DNA of 63,957 bases, counting the filler, from Trichomonas gallinae (Eukaryota): assembly GCA_008369845.1 (NCBI GenBank). It is 9 parts of 9 records of this genome, joined end to end, with 100 filler letters (N's around TTAATTAATTAA, not from the genome) between each part and the next. Parts side by side here need not be neighbours in the genome. Positions count along the whole stretch, not along the records: positions 15,829 to 25,938 come from MRSU01000771.1; positions 26,039 to 29,523 come from MRSU01000773.1; positions 29,624 to 31,928 come from MRSU01000775.1; positions 32,029 to 54,242 come from MRSU01000776.1; 5 more parts are not named here. One strand, written 5' to 3'. Shown in pieces: positions 23,536 through 33,737 of the stretch (its first letter is position 1; each line of letters begins with the position of its first letter). The notes beneath the pieces are model-generated. The model was not told the DNA's origin and searched no databases. It saw nothing but the letters and a program-made list of their open reading frames with translations. The translations under genes were made by a program, and so were the position numbers.

Positions 23536-24780
23536 ATGATTGGAAATTTCTTTATGATGATTGCGAATCTAAACACTTGTAAACGGACATCACTAATCCT
23601 CAAAACCATGCGCAAAAGCAATTTCCATTTATTCGATCAAAATCTAAATATCTTTCAGCGAATGAACAGTGATTGGTTTGATTATTATCAAGATGACTAC
23701 AATAGCAAGTATACGAGACCTAATAGACTTACACAAATCAAGTCTGGTTCAACATATATTTGTGATACGCAGTTCATCAATCTAAAACGTCGTGGTGTTG
23801 TCAGGGTCGAATCAAATTCCTACGAAACCAATGTTTTAATCGAAAATTGCAAGTTTGAAAAATGTACTCACGATGATTTACCGGGAGGATGCGTGTTTAT
23901 GTCAGGAAAAGGACAATGCATACAAACTAGAGTCATATCAACCGAATCAAAGGTTCGAAATACGTTTGGTTCTTATTGTTCAACGACGACTAAAACAATG
24001 TTACAGCAAAATAACTTTATTCTTCAGTCTTCTATTGCAAAAATCGATAATATGGATTCAAGTGAGCCAATTAGGCTGAACGATGGTGAATGTCATCTTT
24101 ATGATACTAATTTTTCATATAATAGCATGAAAGCAAAGTCAGGGTTTGTTATACGAGATGTTGAACAGATAGCAATGATTAGATACTCGAATTTCATGAA
24201 CAGTTCCCAATCTCTAAATTCATTCTTCCAAATCGAGTCAAAAGTGCTATCTTTATTCTCTCATAGTGTCGAATCATGTAATTTTATTGGTAACATCTTC
24301 AATGGAAACCATTTGCTTGCAACTTTTATCACAACTCAATGTTATGTGCTAAATATCAAAGATTCATGTTTCAATGATAACAAATATGGAAAACTAATAG
24401 AAAACAACGATAAGATCAACGTTGAAAACTCATATTTACAAAATGAATTCAAAATTGATGGAAAAGAAAATGAAAACAGCACATTTTTCACAGCGGAACA
24501 TAGAAAGATCACCGATTATTTCATTAAGTCAACGAGTAAGTTTGCTTTTAATCACAAAATAGCTAATGATAAAGTTAATCTCAAAATATTTGGAATTATC
24601 GTATTCATATTTATACTAGCTATTGCAATGATCATAGTTGTTGTTGCATTTGTATATATTACTGAAAAAGATGATTTTCGTGCAATTGAATCGGTAGCAA
24701 GTGATGATTCGAGCCCAACACAAGAGATGTATCCTGAATTGTCACTAAGAGGACAACCAAGAAATCATCTACTTCATTAA
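23536..24780 (+). CDS. Beta-helix-like Asn/Cys-rich surface protein with C-terminal TM segment (start may be the ATG at 23662)
   Basis: Repeating IENCKF / YSNFMN / ESCNFIGN / DSCFNDN pattern; TM segment IFGIIVFIFILAIAMIIVVVAFVYI. Confidence 0.7.
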   Translation: MIGNFFMMIANLNTCKRTSLILKTMRKSNFHLFDQNLNIFQRMNSDWFDYYQDDYNSKYTRPNRLTQIKSGSTYICDTQFINLKRRGVVRVESNSYETNVLIENCKFEKCTHDDLPGGCVFMSGKGQCIQTRVISTESKVRNTFGSYCSTTTKTMLQQNNFILQSSIAKIDNMDSSEPIRLNDGECHLYDTNFSYNSMKAKSGFVIRDVEQIAMIRYSNFMNSSQSLNSFFQIESKVLSLFSHSVESCNFIGNIFNGNHLLATFITTQCYVLNIKDSCFNDNKYGKLIENNDKINVENSYLQNEFKIDGKENENSTFFTAEHRKITDYFIKSTSKFAFNHKIANDKVNLKIFGIIVFIFILAIAMIIVVVAFVYITEKDDFRAIESVASDDSSPTQEMYPELSLRGQPRNHLLH

Positions 24781-25603
24781 TTTTGTTTGAATTTTTTTGA
24801 GTGTATTAAAGGTTGAATTGGCTATATCTGCAGGTTATCACTAATACTTTAAAGGGATTTCACTTCGTTTTTCGCTCGCTCATTAAAAATATTAAAAATT
24901 AAAATATATTTCTTTTGTTGATAAGTGAAAATTTGCACATTACAATTCTATATATAAAGATCTTTATTATATATAGTCAACATTTAACCGAATGTTCATC
25001 TACAAGGCAAAAAAATATATGCTAAATTGTGATAAAATAAGAGTGAATATACTCGATTATAATGGTGAATGCTAATAGGTGTACTTTTTTCGTTTTATTC
25101 CTTTTCTAGACAACTTTGTCCCAATCAATACAAGTTTTGGTATGACAAGACATGTACAACAAAAAGAAAAATCTTTACGTGTCAAATGTCAGATTGTAAA
25201 TTATACAAATATAAGATTTTCCGCGAAAATCCTTAAAATTTTTATTGATTTAAACAATTATAATAGAGCATGTTTATTTTTATGATCAAAAATTTTGCCA
25301 AGAAAAGACAAAATCTCGTTTTAATTCAAAATTTAACAATAAGATTGGCCAAAATTTCTAAATATAACAAAATTAAGCCAAAATAAAAAAGTGCGCCAAA
25401 TTTTACGCAATCAAAAAATATTGGTGTACTCATGATATATATTAAAATTATCATTGAGGAAAAAAATCCGCTGATAAAAATAAAAATCGCCAAAAATTAT
25501 TTATTTCGAATATTCAGACTATAATGACAATGATTTTATTCTCAACAAATTTTGAATCGACTAAAATTGAATAAGTGTAGTTGGTTCATTTTTTAAATAA
25601 GAA

Positions 25604-25938
25604 ATGTCCCAGCATTTCCTCTTCACCAGCGAGTCCGTCACAGAAGGACACCCAGACAAGATGTGCGACATCATCTCAGACACAATCCTTGATGCTTGCC
25701 TTGCCCAGGATCCAACATCCAAGGTTGCCTGCGAAACTTGCACAAAGACTGGTTTCGTTATGCTCTTAGGCGAACTTACATCCAACGCAAACCTTGACTA
25801 CCAGAAGCTTGTCCGTGACGCAGTCAGGAAGATTGGCTACACTTCTTCCAAACTCTGTTTCGATGCTGACACATGCGCAGTTAACGTTTCCATCAGCCAG
25901 CAGTCACCAGATATTGCCCAGGCTGTTTTCCTTAACAA
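25604..25938 (+). CDS. MAT: S-adenosylmethionine synthetase, 3'-truncated at the contig end
   Basis: [30 protein letters not shown] and QQSPDIAQ motifs; TCATT Inr at 25586. Confidence 0.97.
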
Positions 25939-26040
25939 NNNNNNNNNNNNNNNNNNNNNNNNNNNNNNNNNNNNNNNNNNNNTTAATTAATTAANNNNNN
26001 NNNNNNNNNNNNNNNNNNNNNNNNNNNNNNNNNNNNNNAT

Positions 26041-27567
26041 GGCTATGGCCAGATAAATCTCGAAAAGATGCTCAACGAAACACTAATCGAAGAAATGAAG
26101 AGAATCAAAGGCGAACCAATGACATATTCAAAGAAGTATGAAAAATTATTTAATAACCCACATGATACACACAAAGATTACACATTTTTATACTTTGGAG
26201 AAGAAGATGTACCTGGATTCAAATTCGAGTTCAATGAGCAAGCCAGAGTAGAAACAATCTCACTCACATTCAATCTCGAAAACTTCTACTTTAGCGATCT
26301 TGAGATAAAATTAACGAGCCCAAGCAAGTCTTCTTATATAATCAAGAATCATGGTATCGGTGTATCTTTTAAGGATAAAGACTATGGTACTCTTCCATTA
26401 CCTGATAATAAATTTATTGTAATGACAAGAAGATTCTTCGGTGAGCAACTGAATGGAACATGGATAGCATCATTCAGACAGAAAACATACACACCAATGA
26501 ATAAGATTTGGGGAGTTATGATGACTGTGAACTGCTCAACATCAACAGAGCCAATAAATAAACTTGCAAAACAAGAAAAATTCGGCAAAATAACTCCATT
26601 CTCTCATAACAATAGTACACAGAAGATTTCGATTGATAATATAGACAATATCCAATGCATGAATGAATACACTGCTCATTTTAATGCTTCAGCCTTTGCA
26701 GGAGCTGTAACAGAAAATGTAACAGGAAAAGGAGCTAATGTATTTTTATCTTTCTATCTTCGTCATCCTGAAGACCATAGACTGTTTAGACTCAAATCAA
26801 ATGATGTCAAATTGACAGAAGATGATATCAAAAATGGAAACATTATCAATTATCCTTTTAAAGTCCCTTGTCTATTAGAAAATAACTCAGAAATTATATT
26901 AGGTGCTCGTCATCCTTTATTAAATAAGACAGTTGAGTCTCCAAAATTCAAAGTGATCAATAATAGGAATAAATACATGATAAATAAGATCAAACCTTAC
27001 GAGACATTCCATGAAGAAGAAGTTAATTTTGAATTCACTTACAATGAAAAGCATTTGCCACGCTTTGGAAATACTCAATCATGTCATGCAACTATTTATG
27101 ATTTGAATTCAATGAATAGAAGTTTTTCATGGACGTTCACAAATTATGGAAACTTGAAAATTAATTTCTCGAAAATAGGCAGGGAAACAATCCCACAAGG
27201 TGTTTTAGCAATATCATTATATGAATCAGACAAAGATTGCCCGAATATTTATCTTCCATTCAAATACATCAAAAACAGTACTTTCGTTGAGAAATATAAC
27301 AATATTAAGCCAGAATCTCAATTTTCTCTCAGTTGGATTAAGTCTAAACAAAACAAAGAATGCAGCTACGATTATTTGCGAATATCTGATGAGTCTGCAC
27401 GTCAAGTCATGTTAATAAAAACATTCAATAAAACTGAACTCGGTGTTATTGGTATAGTTGTTCCTTCTGTGTTATTGATCATCGTTGGATTAATAGCGAT
27501 ATTCACCAAAAATATGATTGCTGTTAAGCCTAAAAAAAACGACATCAAATCGAGCTCATCTAATTAA
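26041..27567 (+). CDS. 5'-truncated kexin/subtilisin-like (S8) protease: end of catalytic domain, P-domain, C-terminal TM
   Basis: Frame opens with GYGQINLEKM; P-domain motifs VETISL, DLEIKLTSPS and FFGEQLNGTW; TM segment LGVIGIVVPSVLLIIVGLIAIF. Confidence 0.8.
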   Translation, partial: GYGQINLEKMLNETLIEEMKRIKGEPMTYSKKYEKLFNNPHDTHKDYTFLYFGEEDVPGFKFEFNEQARVETISLTFNLENFYFSDLEIKLTSPSKSSYIIKNHGIGVSFKDKDYGTLPLPDNKFIVMTRRFFGEQLNGTWIASFRQKTYTPMNKIWGVMMTVNCSTSTEPINKLAKQEKFGKITPFSHNNSTQKISIDNIDNIQCMNEYTAHFNASAFAGAVTENVTGKGANVFLSFYLRHPEDHRLFRLKSNDVKLTEDDIKNGNIINYPFKVPCLLENNSEIILGARHPLLNKTVESPKFKVINNRNKYMINKIKPYETFHEEEVNFEFTYNEKHLPRFGNTQSCHATIYDLNSMNRSFSWTFTNYGNLKINFSKIGRETIPQGVLAISLYESDKDCPNIYLPFKYIKNSTFVEKYNNIKPESQFSLSWIKSKQNKECSYDYLRISDESARQVMLIKTFNKTELGVIGIVVPSVLLIIVGLIAIFTKNMIAVKPKKNDIKSSSSN

Positions 27568-28582
27568 ATGATTTACTTGTTTAAGTGTTCAATTTTTAAT
27601 ATGTTATAGTTCAATAAATTTATTATTCTCTTTGAAAAGCTTATAAAGTTTTTTTTTTAAATTTCGGCGAACTTGTTGGAATATGTTAACATATTCTCAA
27701 TAAGACATTACAGAAGTTTTACGGGTGTGATAGCTCATGGATACTTCGGCAAAATTCAATGTTTTTATTAGCAAAGCTTTCTTCGTTTGTAAAATTTTGT
27801 TGGCAACAATGTCACAATAAAAAGTTTAGAGACTTCTAGTTCCATCACATATTTTACTACATGCAAAGACGATTCCAACTTTAAAGTTAATAAATGCTCA
27901 TACTTCAACAACACACAGCTAAAATATGGTGGCAGATTTATCGGTTCCTATCAATCAGTTATCTCTCAATGCTGCATTTCAAATAACAGTCTCATCTACA
28001 CTTTTTTTATTAAAGAATGAAGTTCCATTTTAGTATATGTTATCTACAATTAATAAAACTGATTCTGAAACAGGAACAATAAATTCTTTTGATGAAATAA
28101 AAATCACAGAAAAAAGCTTTTTTCGTTGGCCAGGCATCTCCCTGGAAGAAAAACAACACGAGTATAATTGCAGATGTTTTCAAAACTTTTTCAAATTTTG
28201 TACATTCATCATAAATTTTACAACTATTGTCATTTCTATTTAAAAAAAAAAAAATAAAAATCTGTATAAATTTTTCTATCTCAATTTTTTTATTATGCAT
28301 AACCATATCAAACTGAAAATAATTGCGGTTTTGTTCATAATATTTCCACAGCCATATATTTTCGAAAATAATACAGAATCGCCTCAACAAAAAAATAAGA
28401 TCTTATCTAAAAATTTAGAAATAAGATATAATGATATATCAGAAACTCAAGTTATTTATTATGAGATCAATAATTTGACCAAACTTTGCAAACCTTAATT
28501 GTTTACATTATTCAAAAATATAATGCGTTTTTGTTATATATTAATATTTTAGTGAAAAATGTTTGATAATAAAAGTGCCAAA

Positions 28583-29523
28583 ATGTTGATTTTTTCTGTG
28601 ATGGTTGCCAATAATCCAAACTCCCTTTCTATTATAAAGTCGGGGAGTTCAAAAGCACAGACTATGCCCTAACCAAAGAAGATCTCCAAAATTCAACAAA
28701 ACTATATTGGGATCCATATTCTGACAGACGATCAGTACGTGAGAATGATTCCTATAACACAACATTGTTTAATCATGTAGGAATGTATAATGAAAGCTAT
28801 GATGTCCAAGGAATAAAGTTCATGTATTTAGTTTAAGCATATGATCCATTCCATGTTGCTTTCGATGATTTAAACAAAGATAATTATTATACGTCGAATT
28901 TTAGCAATATAGTTAATAAAGCATGTAAAAACTCGAATGATACGCAAGAATGCATTTATTTCATGCAATATGAAGGAACAGGCTCTACTTCAATCGCCTT
29001 TGGAAAGAATTACAGTCGTTTGAAAAATGCTGAATTTTATTATGCACCAGTTGAACTGAATCGTGATGATATGACTGTTTACTAATTTGTCAATGAAACC
29101 CTAACTAAGAGAATTCAAGAAATCAAGTCAACATTCTTCATCGCTTCTAATAGACTGATTCAATACGATGTTTCTGTTGAAGAAAGAGATGATAATCACA
29201 CAGGAGTCATAAGATACCAAACAATAAGATATGCAATGGTTAGGCAGTGGAATGATTTTGTGAAAAATGTCACCGAAGATAAAGGTAAAAAAAAATTTGT
29301 CGTCGACAATAATTATGATGTCAGCTGGTGACTATGGAAGTATTCCTATCGAAGCTTTAGAAACAGCCTTTATATACCACCCAAACACATAAACTGTTGG
29401 TGCAACTTCATTCTCATCGGCTGTTGCCTGGTACTCACAGTGATCTGACGCTTTGTTCGCTTGTGCACCTGGAGGAGGATCAGACACATTAACAGATGGG
29501 ATGCACAGGATGATGCCTGTCGT
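28583..29523 (+). pseudogene. Pseudogene of a kexin/subtilisin-like protease
   Basis: Coding-like frame with stops at 28834, 29083, 29390 and 29441 and a frameshift in the A9 run (29287-29295); reads TIIMMSAGDYG...HPNT*TVGAT...AWYSQ*SDALFACAPGGG. Confidence 0.7.
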
Positions 29524-29623
29524 NNNNNNNNNNNNNNNNNNNNNNNNNNNNNNNNNNNNNNNNNNNNTTAATTAATTAANNNNNNNNNNNNNNNNNNNNN
29601 NNNNNNNNNNNNNNNNNNNNNNN

Positions 29624-31059
29624 ATATGTTCATTAAATCCAAATGTGCGCTTCTGTTGGCACTTTCCATTACGAAGCTGCATGCTTGGACTGCTACACTC
29701 TAAACAATAATCTGTTGAGTTGCATATTTTGCATCCTTTCATACATTGTTCGCATCGAGCATCTTTCAAAACATATCCTTTATTGCATGCTGTACATGTA
29801 TTTGAATTTGTGCAGACTTTGCAGTTTGCTGGACATTTTCTTTCACATTTATTATTATTTAATGTGAATCCATTACTGCATTTAGAACATTGGTTATTTG
29901 ATGTGCACATATCACATCCTTCATCGCACTTCTGGCATCGACCAACATTAGTCGAATAAAAACCTTCTTTGCATTTTGTGCATTGATTCGAGTTAGAACA
30001 TATATCGCAGTTATTGGAGCATTGCTTACATACATCACCATCCGCATATTGGCCTTTTTCACATTGTTTTATGCAATGATTATTATTGTTTTTTTCATAT
30101 CCGTCAATGCAATCATCACATTGATTTCCTGAGCTGCATTTTTTGCACCGTGCCATGCATTTTTGGCATTGATTTGAATTGAGGAAGTAACCATCAATGC
30201 ATCCTCCACATATATTTGAATTACTGCATTCACTACATCCCTCTGGACATAACTGGCATCGATGTTCATTGGTATTGAAAAATGTCAAAGCAGGACAATC
30301 ACTGTAACACACACCGTCATATATTTTATAATTGCTGCGACAAAGTGTGCAGTTTGTTGCGCTGTTACAATCGCTGCAGTTTTCAGCGCATTGATAAATA
30401 GGCGTTATTTCAATATAGCCATCACCATTATTTGGTTTATCAATGCCATTAAAAATTTTACATTTTTTGAATATTCCATTATGAACGTAGGATTTGCCAC
30501 CTATTCCACAAGCTAGCATTTTACTATTGCTAAATTTCCATCCCTTTCCCACAAAACCAGCTGTATAACCACCACCACCTCCACTTCCTTCAATACTTGC
30601 AGCATTTGTTTCTAAATTATCCACCTGAGTAAATGTATTAATCACTATGGGTACCAAAAATTTTTTATCATCACCACCAGGCGATCCATTAAATTCAAAG
30701 TTAGCACCTGCACCTCCAGCGCAATTTAACACTAAATTTTCATCCAAGTAAAATGAGCTTGATCCACCACCTCCAACTGGTTGGATGGAGCCGGTTCCAC
30801 CATCGGGTAAGCCCCCATTAGGAGTATTTCCTGTTTTTCCTTGGGAACCAGGTACAGCTCTATAATTTTTGCTATCTTGAACATGTAAAATGCCATATCC
30901 CGTTGCACCTGCACCACCTATTGCTTGATTTGGTGAATTACCACCCTTTGCTCCTCCACATGATATGTTGTATTCTCCAGCCGGAAGTGTACCATTATAT
31001 TTATCCGAATATCCCGTATATTTTTTGTAATATAGTGGAGAAATCAGTAAAACTAGCAT
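29624..31059 (-). CDS. Secreted-type protein: Gly-rich domain followed by furin-like CxxC Cys-rich repeats (3' end cut by the contig edge)
   Basis: MLVLLIS leader; GEYNISCGGAKGG...GDGYIEI; repeated C..C...C..C.....C..C..GY. Confidence 0.85.
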
Positions 31060-31850
31060 GAAATTTTATAAATAAAAATTCAAAGAACCCATCAATTTTG
31101 GTTTTATAAAATATTAAACTATTGCCAAATTTGTAGTGGATTGACTACATTTTAAAATTGAATGTTACTACTTTTGACAGAAAAATTTTTCTTGAAAAGT
31201 TCAAGAATATTCAAGATAGGTTAAGAACAAAATATTATAATGTTTTGCATGATTATTTGCCCATGGGTTTATGGCACTTTTGATAAATTATTTATTCCAC
31301 TGCTATGGGTGAAAATAAATTTTGAACTAATGCATAATGCTTAGTTATATCTTAAAAGCTACTATTTACAAGAGAGAAATATGGCAATTCTTATTTATAT
31401 ATATATATTTTTATTTTTTATCTTTCATTTTGCAAATATATATGATATGCTACCCATATTATGTAAAATTTTGAAATTTAATTTTAATTCAATTTTTGCA
31501 TTGGTCTAATCGCTGTTTTGAGATGTTTACATATTGTTTTTTTTTTTTTTAAAAAAAAAAAACATATATAGTATTGTTATAATTCAATGATTAAATTTAA
31601 CGATATTGAAAAAATTAAAGTATTCTTTAAACATGTGTTCAAGCAATGTTGATATAACAGCTTGCATAAAACATCATTGTTAGATTGGATATACATATCG
31701 GTAATTATGAAATATTTTACAAACAATACAATAAAAATAAATTAATTCAATAAACGATGGATGTTCTCATCTTAAAAGTATATGAATATATGAATTATAA
31801 TCGTATTTGTTAATATAATGAGCAATAATTTATAAATATGATTATAAACA

Positions 31851-31928
31851 TTATCTATTATTAATTCTTCGTGCAAAGGCTTGGAAGTTCCTAAATCCAT
31901 CGATATGTTCATTAAATCCAAATGTGCG
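31851..31928 (-). CDS. C-terminal end (RTFGFNEHIDGFRNFQAFARRINNR*) of the same or an adjacent copy of the Gly/Cys-rich gene
   Basis: 31903-31928 is identical to 29624-29649 and continues the reading frame to TAA at 31853-31851. Confidence 0.8.
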   Translation of the reverse strand, partial: RTFGFNEHIDGFRNFQAFARRINNR

Positions 31929-32028
31929 NNNNNNNNNNNNNNNNNNNNNNNNNNNNNNNNNNNNNNNNNNNNTTAATTAATTAANNNNNNNNNNNNNNNN
32001 NNNNNNNNNNNNNNNNNNNNNNNNNNNN

Positions 32029-32093
32029 CTGGTCTAATGGTAGAATTTCACCTTGCCAAGGTGGGGGTCCGGGTTCGATTCCCGGGCGGTGCA
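32029..32093 (+). tRNA. tRNA-Gly(GCC), 5' acceptor bases cut by the contig edge
   Basis: D-arm TGGTCTAATGGTAGAAT; anticodon loop TTGCCAA; T-arm CCGGGTTCGATTCCCGG; downstream T-run. Confidence 0.95.
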
Positions 32094-32203
32094 AACTTTT
32101 TCTTTTTTGAAATGATAATTTTTAATTTTTTTCTACCCTAAGATCAAAATACAAAAGACATAAGTAATGAATGTATTAAGAGAAACATAGTGTGATAACA
32201 ACT

Positions 32204-33058
32204 TTAATCGGATTCATTCAATAATAGAATTAAAACATTCATTGCAGTTAATTTAAAATATGAATACGATATGTCCAAACCGGTGCATTGATGAAATATC
32301 TGTTCAACATATGCAGATATTCTAACGTGGCCATCTCCAACATGGCCTTGTCTATATGAACCTGATGGCTCAATAATGATATCGTTACCATCTTTTATCG
32401 TCCCATTGTACTTTTTGTCAATATAACTCGACCCACCTCCCCCACCAGATTCATATGGTCCTTCTCCTCCATAATACCCACTACCACCACCTCCGCTAGA
32501 AAAATCAAGTCCCCAAGCATATCCGCCAACACCAAATGAAGAAACATTTCCGTTTTGACCACCACCTTTTCCACCAGGTGAAAAACCAACTCCATCTCCT
32601 TTGAGTCCATTCAGTCCACCTGCTGATCCACCAACAAAGAACTGGTTCATGTAACCATAGCAAGCCCCGCCACCTGCACCAGCAACCAAAAATCTGTCAT
32701 TAAGTGATTTCGACCATCTGACATCTGACGCAGAGCCACCTGTTCCTGACTTCAAAAGTCCAGCGCCAATATAATTTGCTCCACCTCCATTGAATAGAGT
32801 GGAGTAATTTTTATCACCAAATTCACCACTTAAACCAACAAAAATATAGATTTTTTTAGTTTTGGGGATTGTCAAATTTGCTGCAACATATCCGCCACGA
32901 CAACAGTCTACTTCATCCGGTTTTCCACCTTGCCCACCCCATAATTCAAATAGGTATTTACCGGGCATAAGAAAATACTCATAAATATCGCAGTCAGATT
33001 TGCTTCTGCAGTTAGGTGTGAAGTCAACAGAAGATTTAGGAAAGCTTAGATATGACAT
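32204..33058 (-). CDS. Glycine-rich (Gly_rich_2-type) protein
   Basis: PGKYLFELWGGQGG, GGYVAA, GGSASDVR, RFLVAGAGGG, GGGGGSSYI and GDGHVRI motifs. Confidence 0.85.
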   Translation of the reverse strand: MSYLSFPKSSVDFTPNCRSKSDCDIYEYFLMPGKYLFELWGGQGGKPDEVDCCRGGYVAANLTIPKTKKIYIFVGLSGEFGDKNYSTLFNGGGANYIGAGLLKSGTGGSASDVRWSKSLNDRFLVAGAGGGACYGYMNQFFVGGSAGGLNGLKGDGVGFSPGGKGGGQNGNVSSFGVGGYAWGLDFSSGGGGSGYYGGEGPYESGGGGGSSYIDKKYNGTIKDGNDIIIEPSGSYRQGHVGDGHVRISAYVEQIFHQCTGLDISYSYFKLTAMNVLILLLNESD

Positions 33059-33737
33059 TTGTCAGGTTTCAGTAAAAAAATTGTTTTAAAATTTTATAAA
33101 CGAGACATAAGTATAAAAATGTCAAATTTTTTATAAAATGTAAACTTTGTTAACTTGATCAAATCAAAGCCAAACACACAACATAATTGCAACCATCAAA
33201 TATCTAAAACAGTATTTTGAGGCATTGATATGATAGTTATTCAGAGCGCTCTGAATTTGAAATTAACGAAGATGAGTTAGAATTTTATCTGTTTAGCATA
33301 TACATGCATATGGTTGATTACATTCAAAATTTCTCATGTTAAGTATCTGTGATTAAATCACAAAAGAATGTCAAAATGTCAAAAAAATTCTCTTTCAAAA
33401 TCCCTATATATATTATTGATGATGCATTTATGTTTTGATTTTAAATTGAAGCAATAGTATCGGATCGAGTTTTAATTTTTCATCTTATTATTGATGATAA
33501 AGAGGAGAATAAATTCCCTTGAAATCAATTAATTTACTTCTTACATCAATGTAATGGTAGCATTCCGCACCCTAAATACGAAATTCTTCATATGACAATT
33601 TATAGAAATAATCTCAAGATCTCTTTTTATATTTTGAGTGTTCATGCAAAGATAATAAAATAAATGCTAATGATTCAAAAGAAATGTTAGAAAAAACAAA
33701 ATATATTTTTATAATAAATCAACAAATTCTAGAAAAT

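Noticed and set aside
27690..28500. Short ORFs and a possible beta-helix-family relic
   Set aside because: Too degraded and AT-rich to call
28583..29523. In-frame TAA codons suggesting stop-codon reassignment
   Set aside because: The same region has frameshifts and a TGA, and intact genes (RPS16, tubulin) end in TAA; pseudogenisation explains it
33239..33256. Perfect 18-bp palindrome ATTCAGAGCGCTCTGAAT
   Set aside because: Single occurrence with no supporting context, so no function can be assigned
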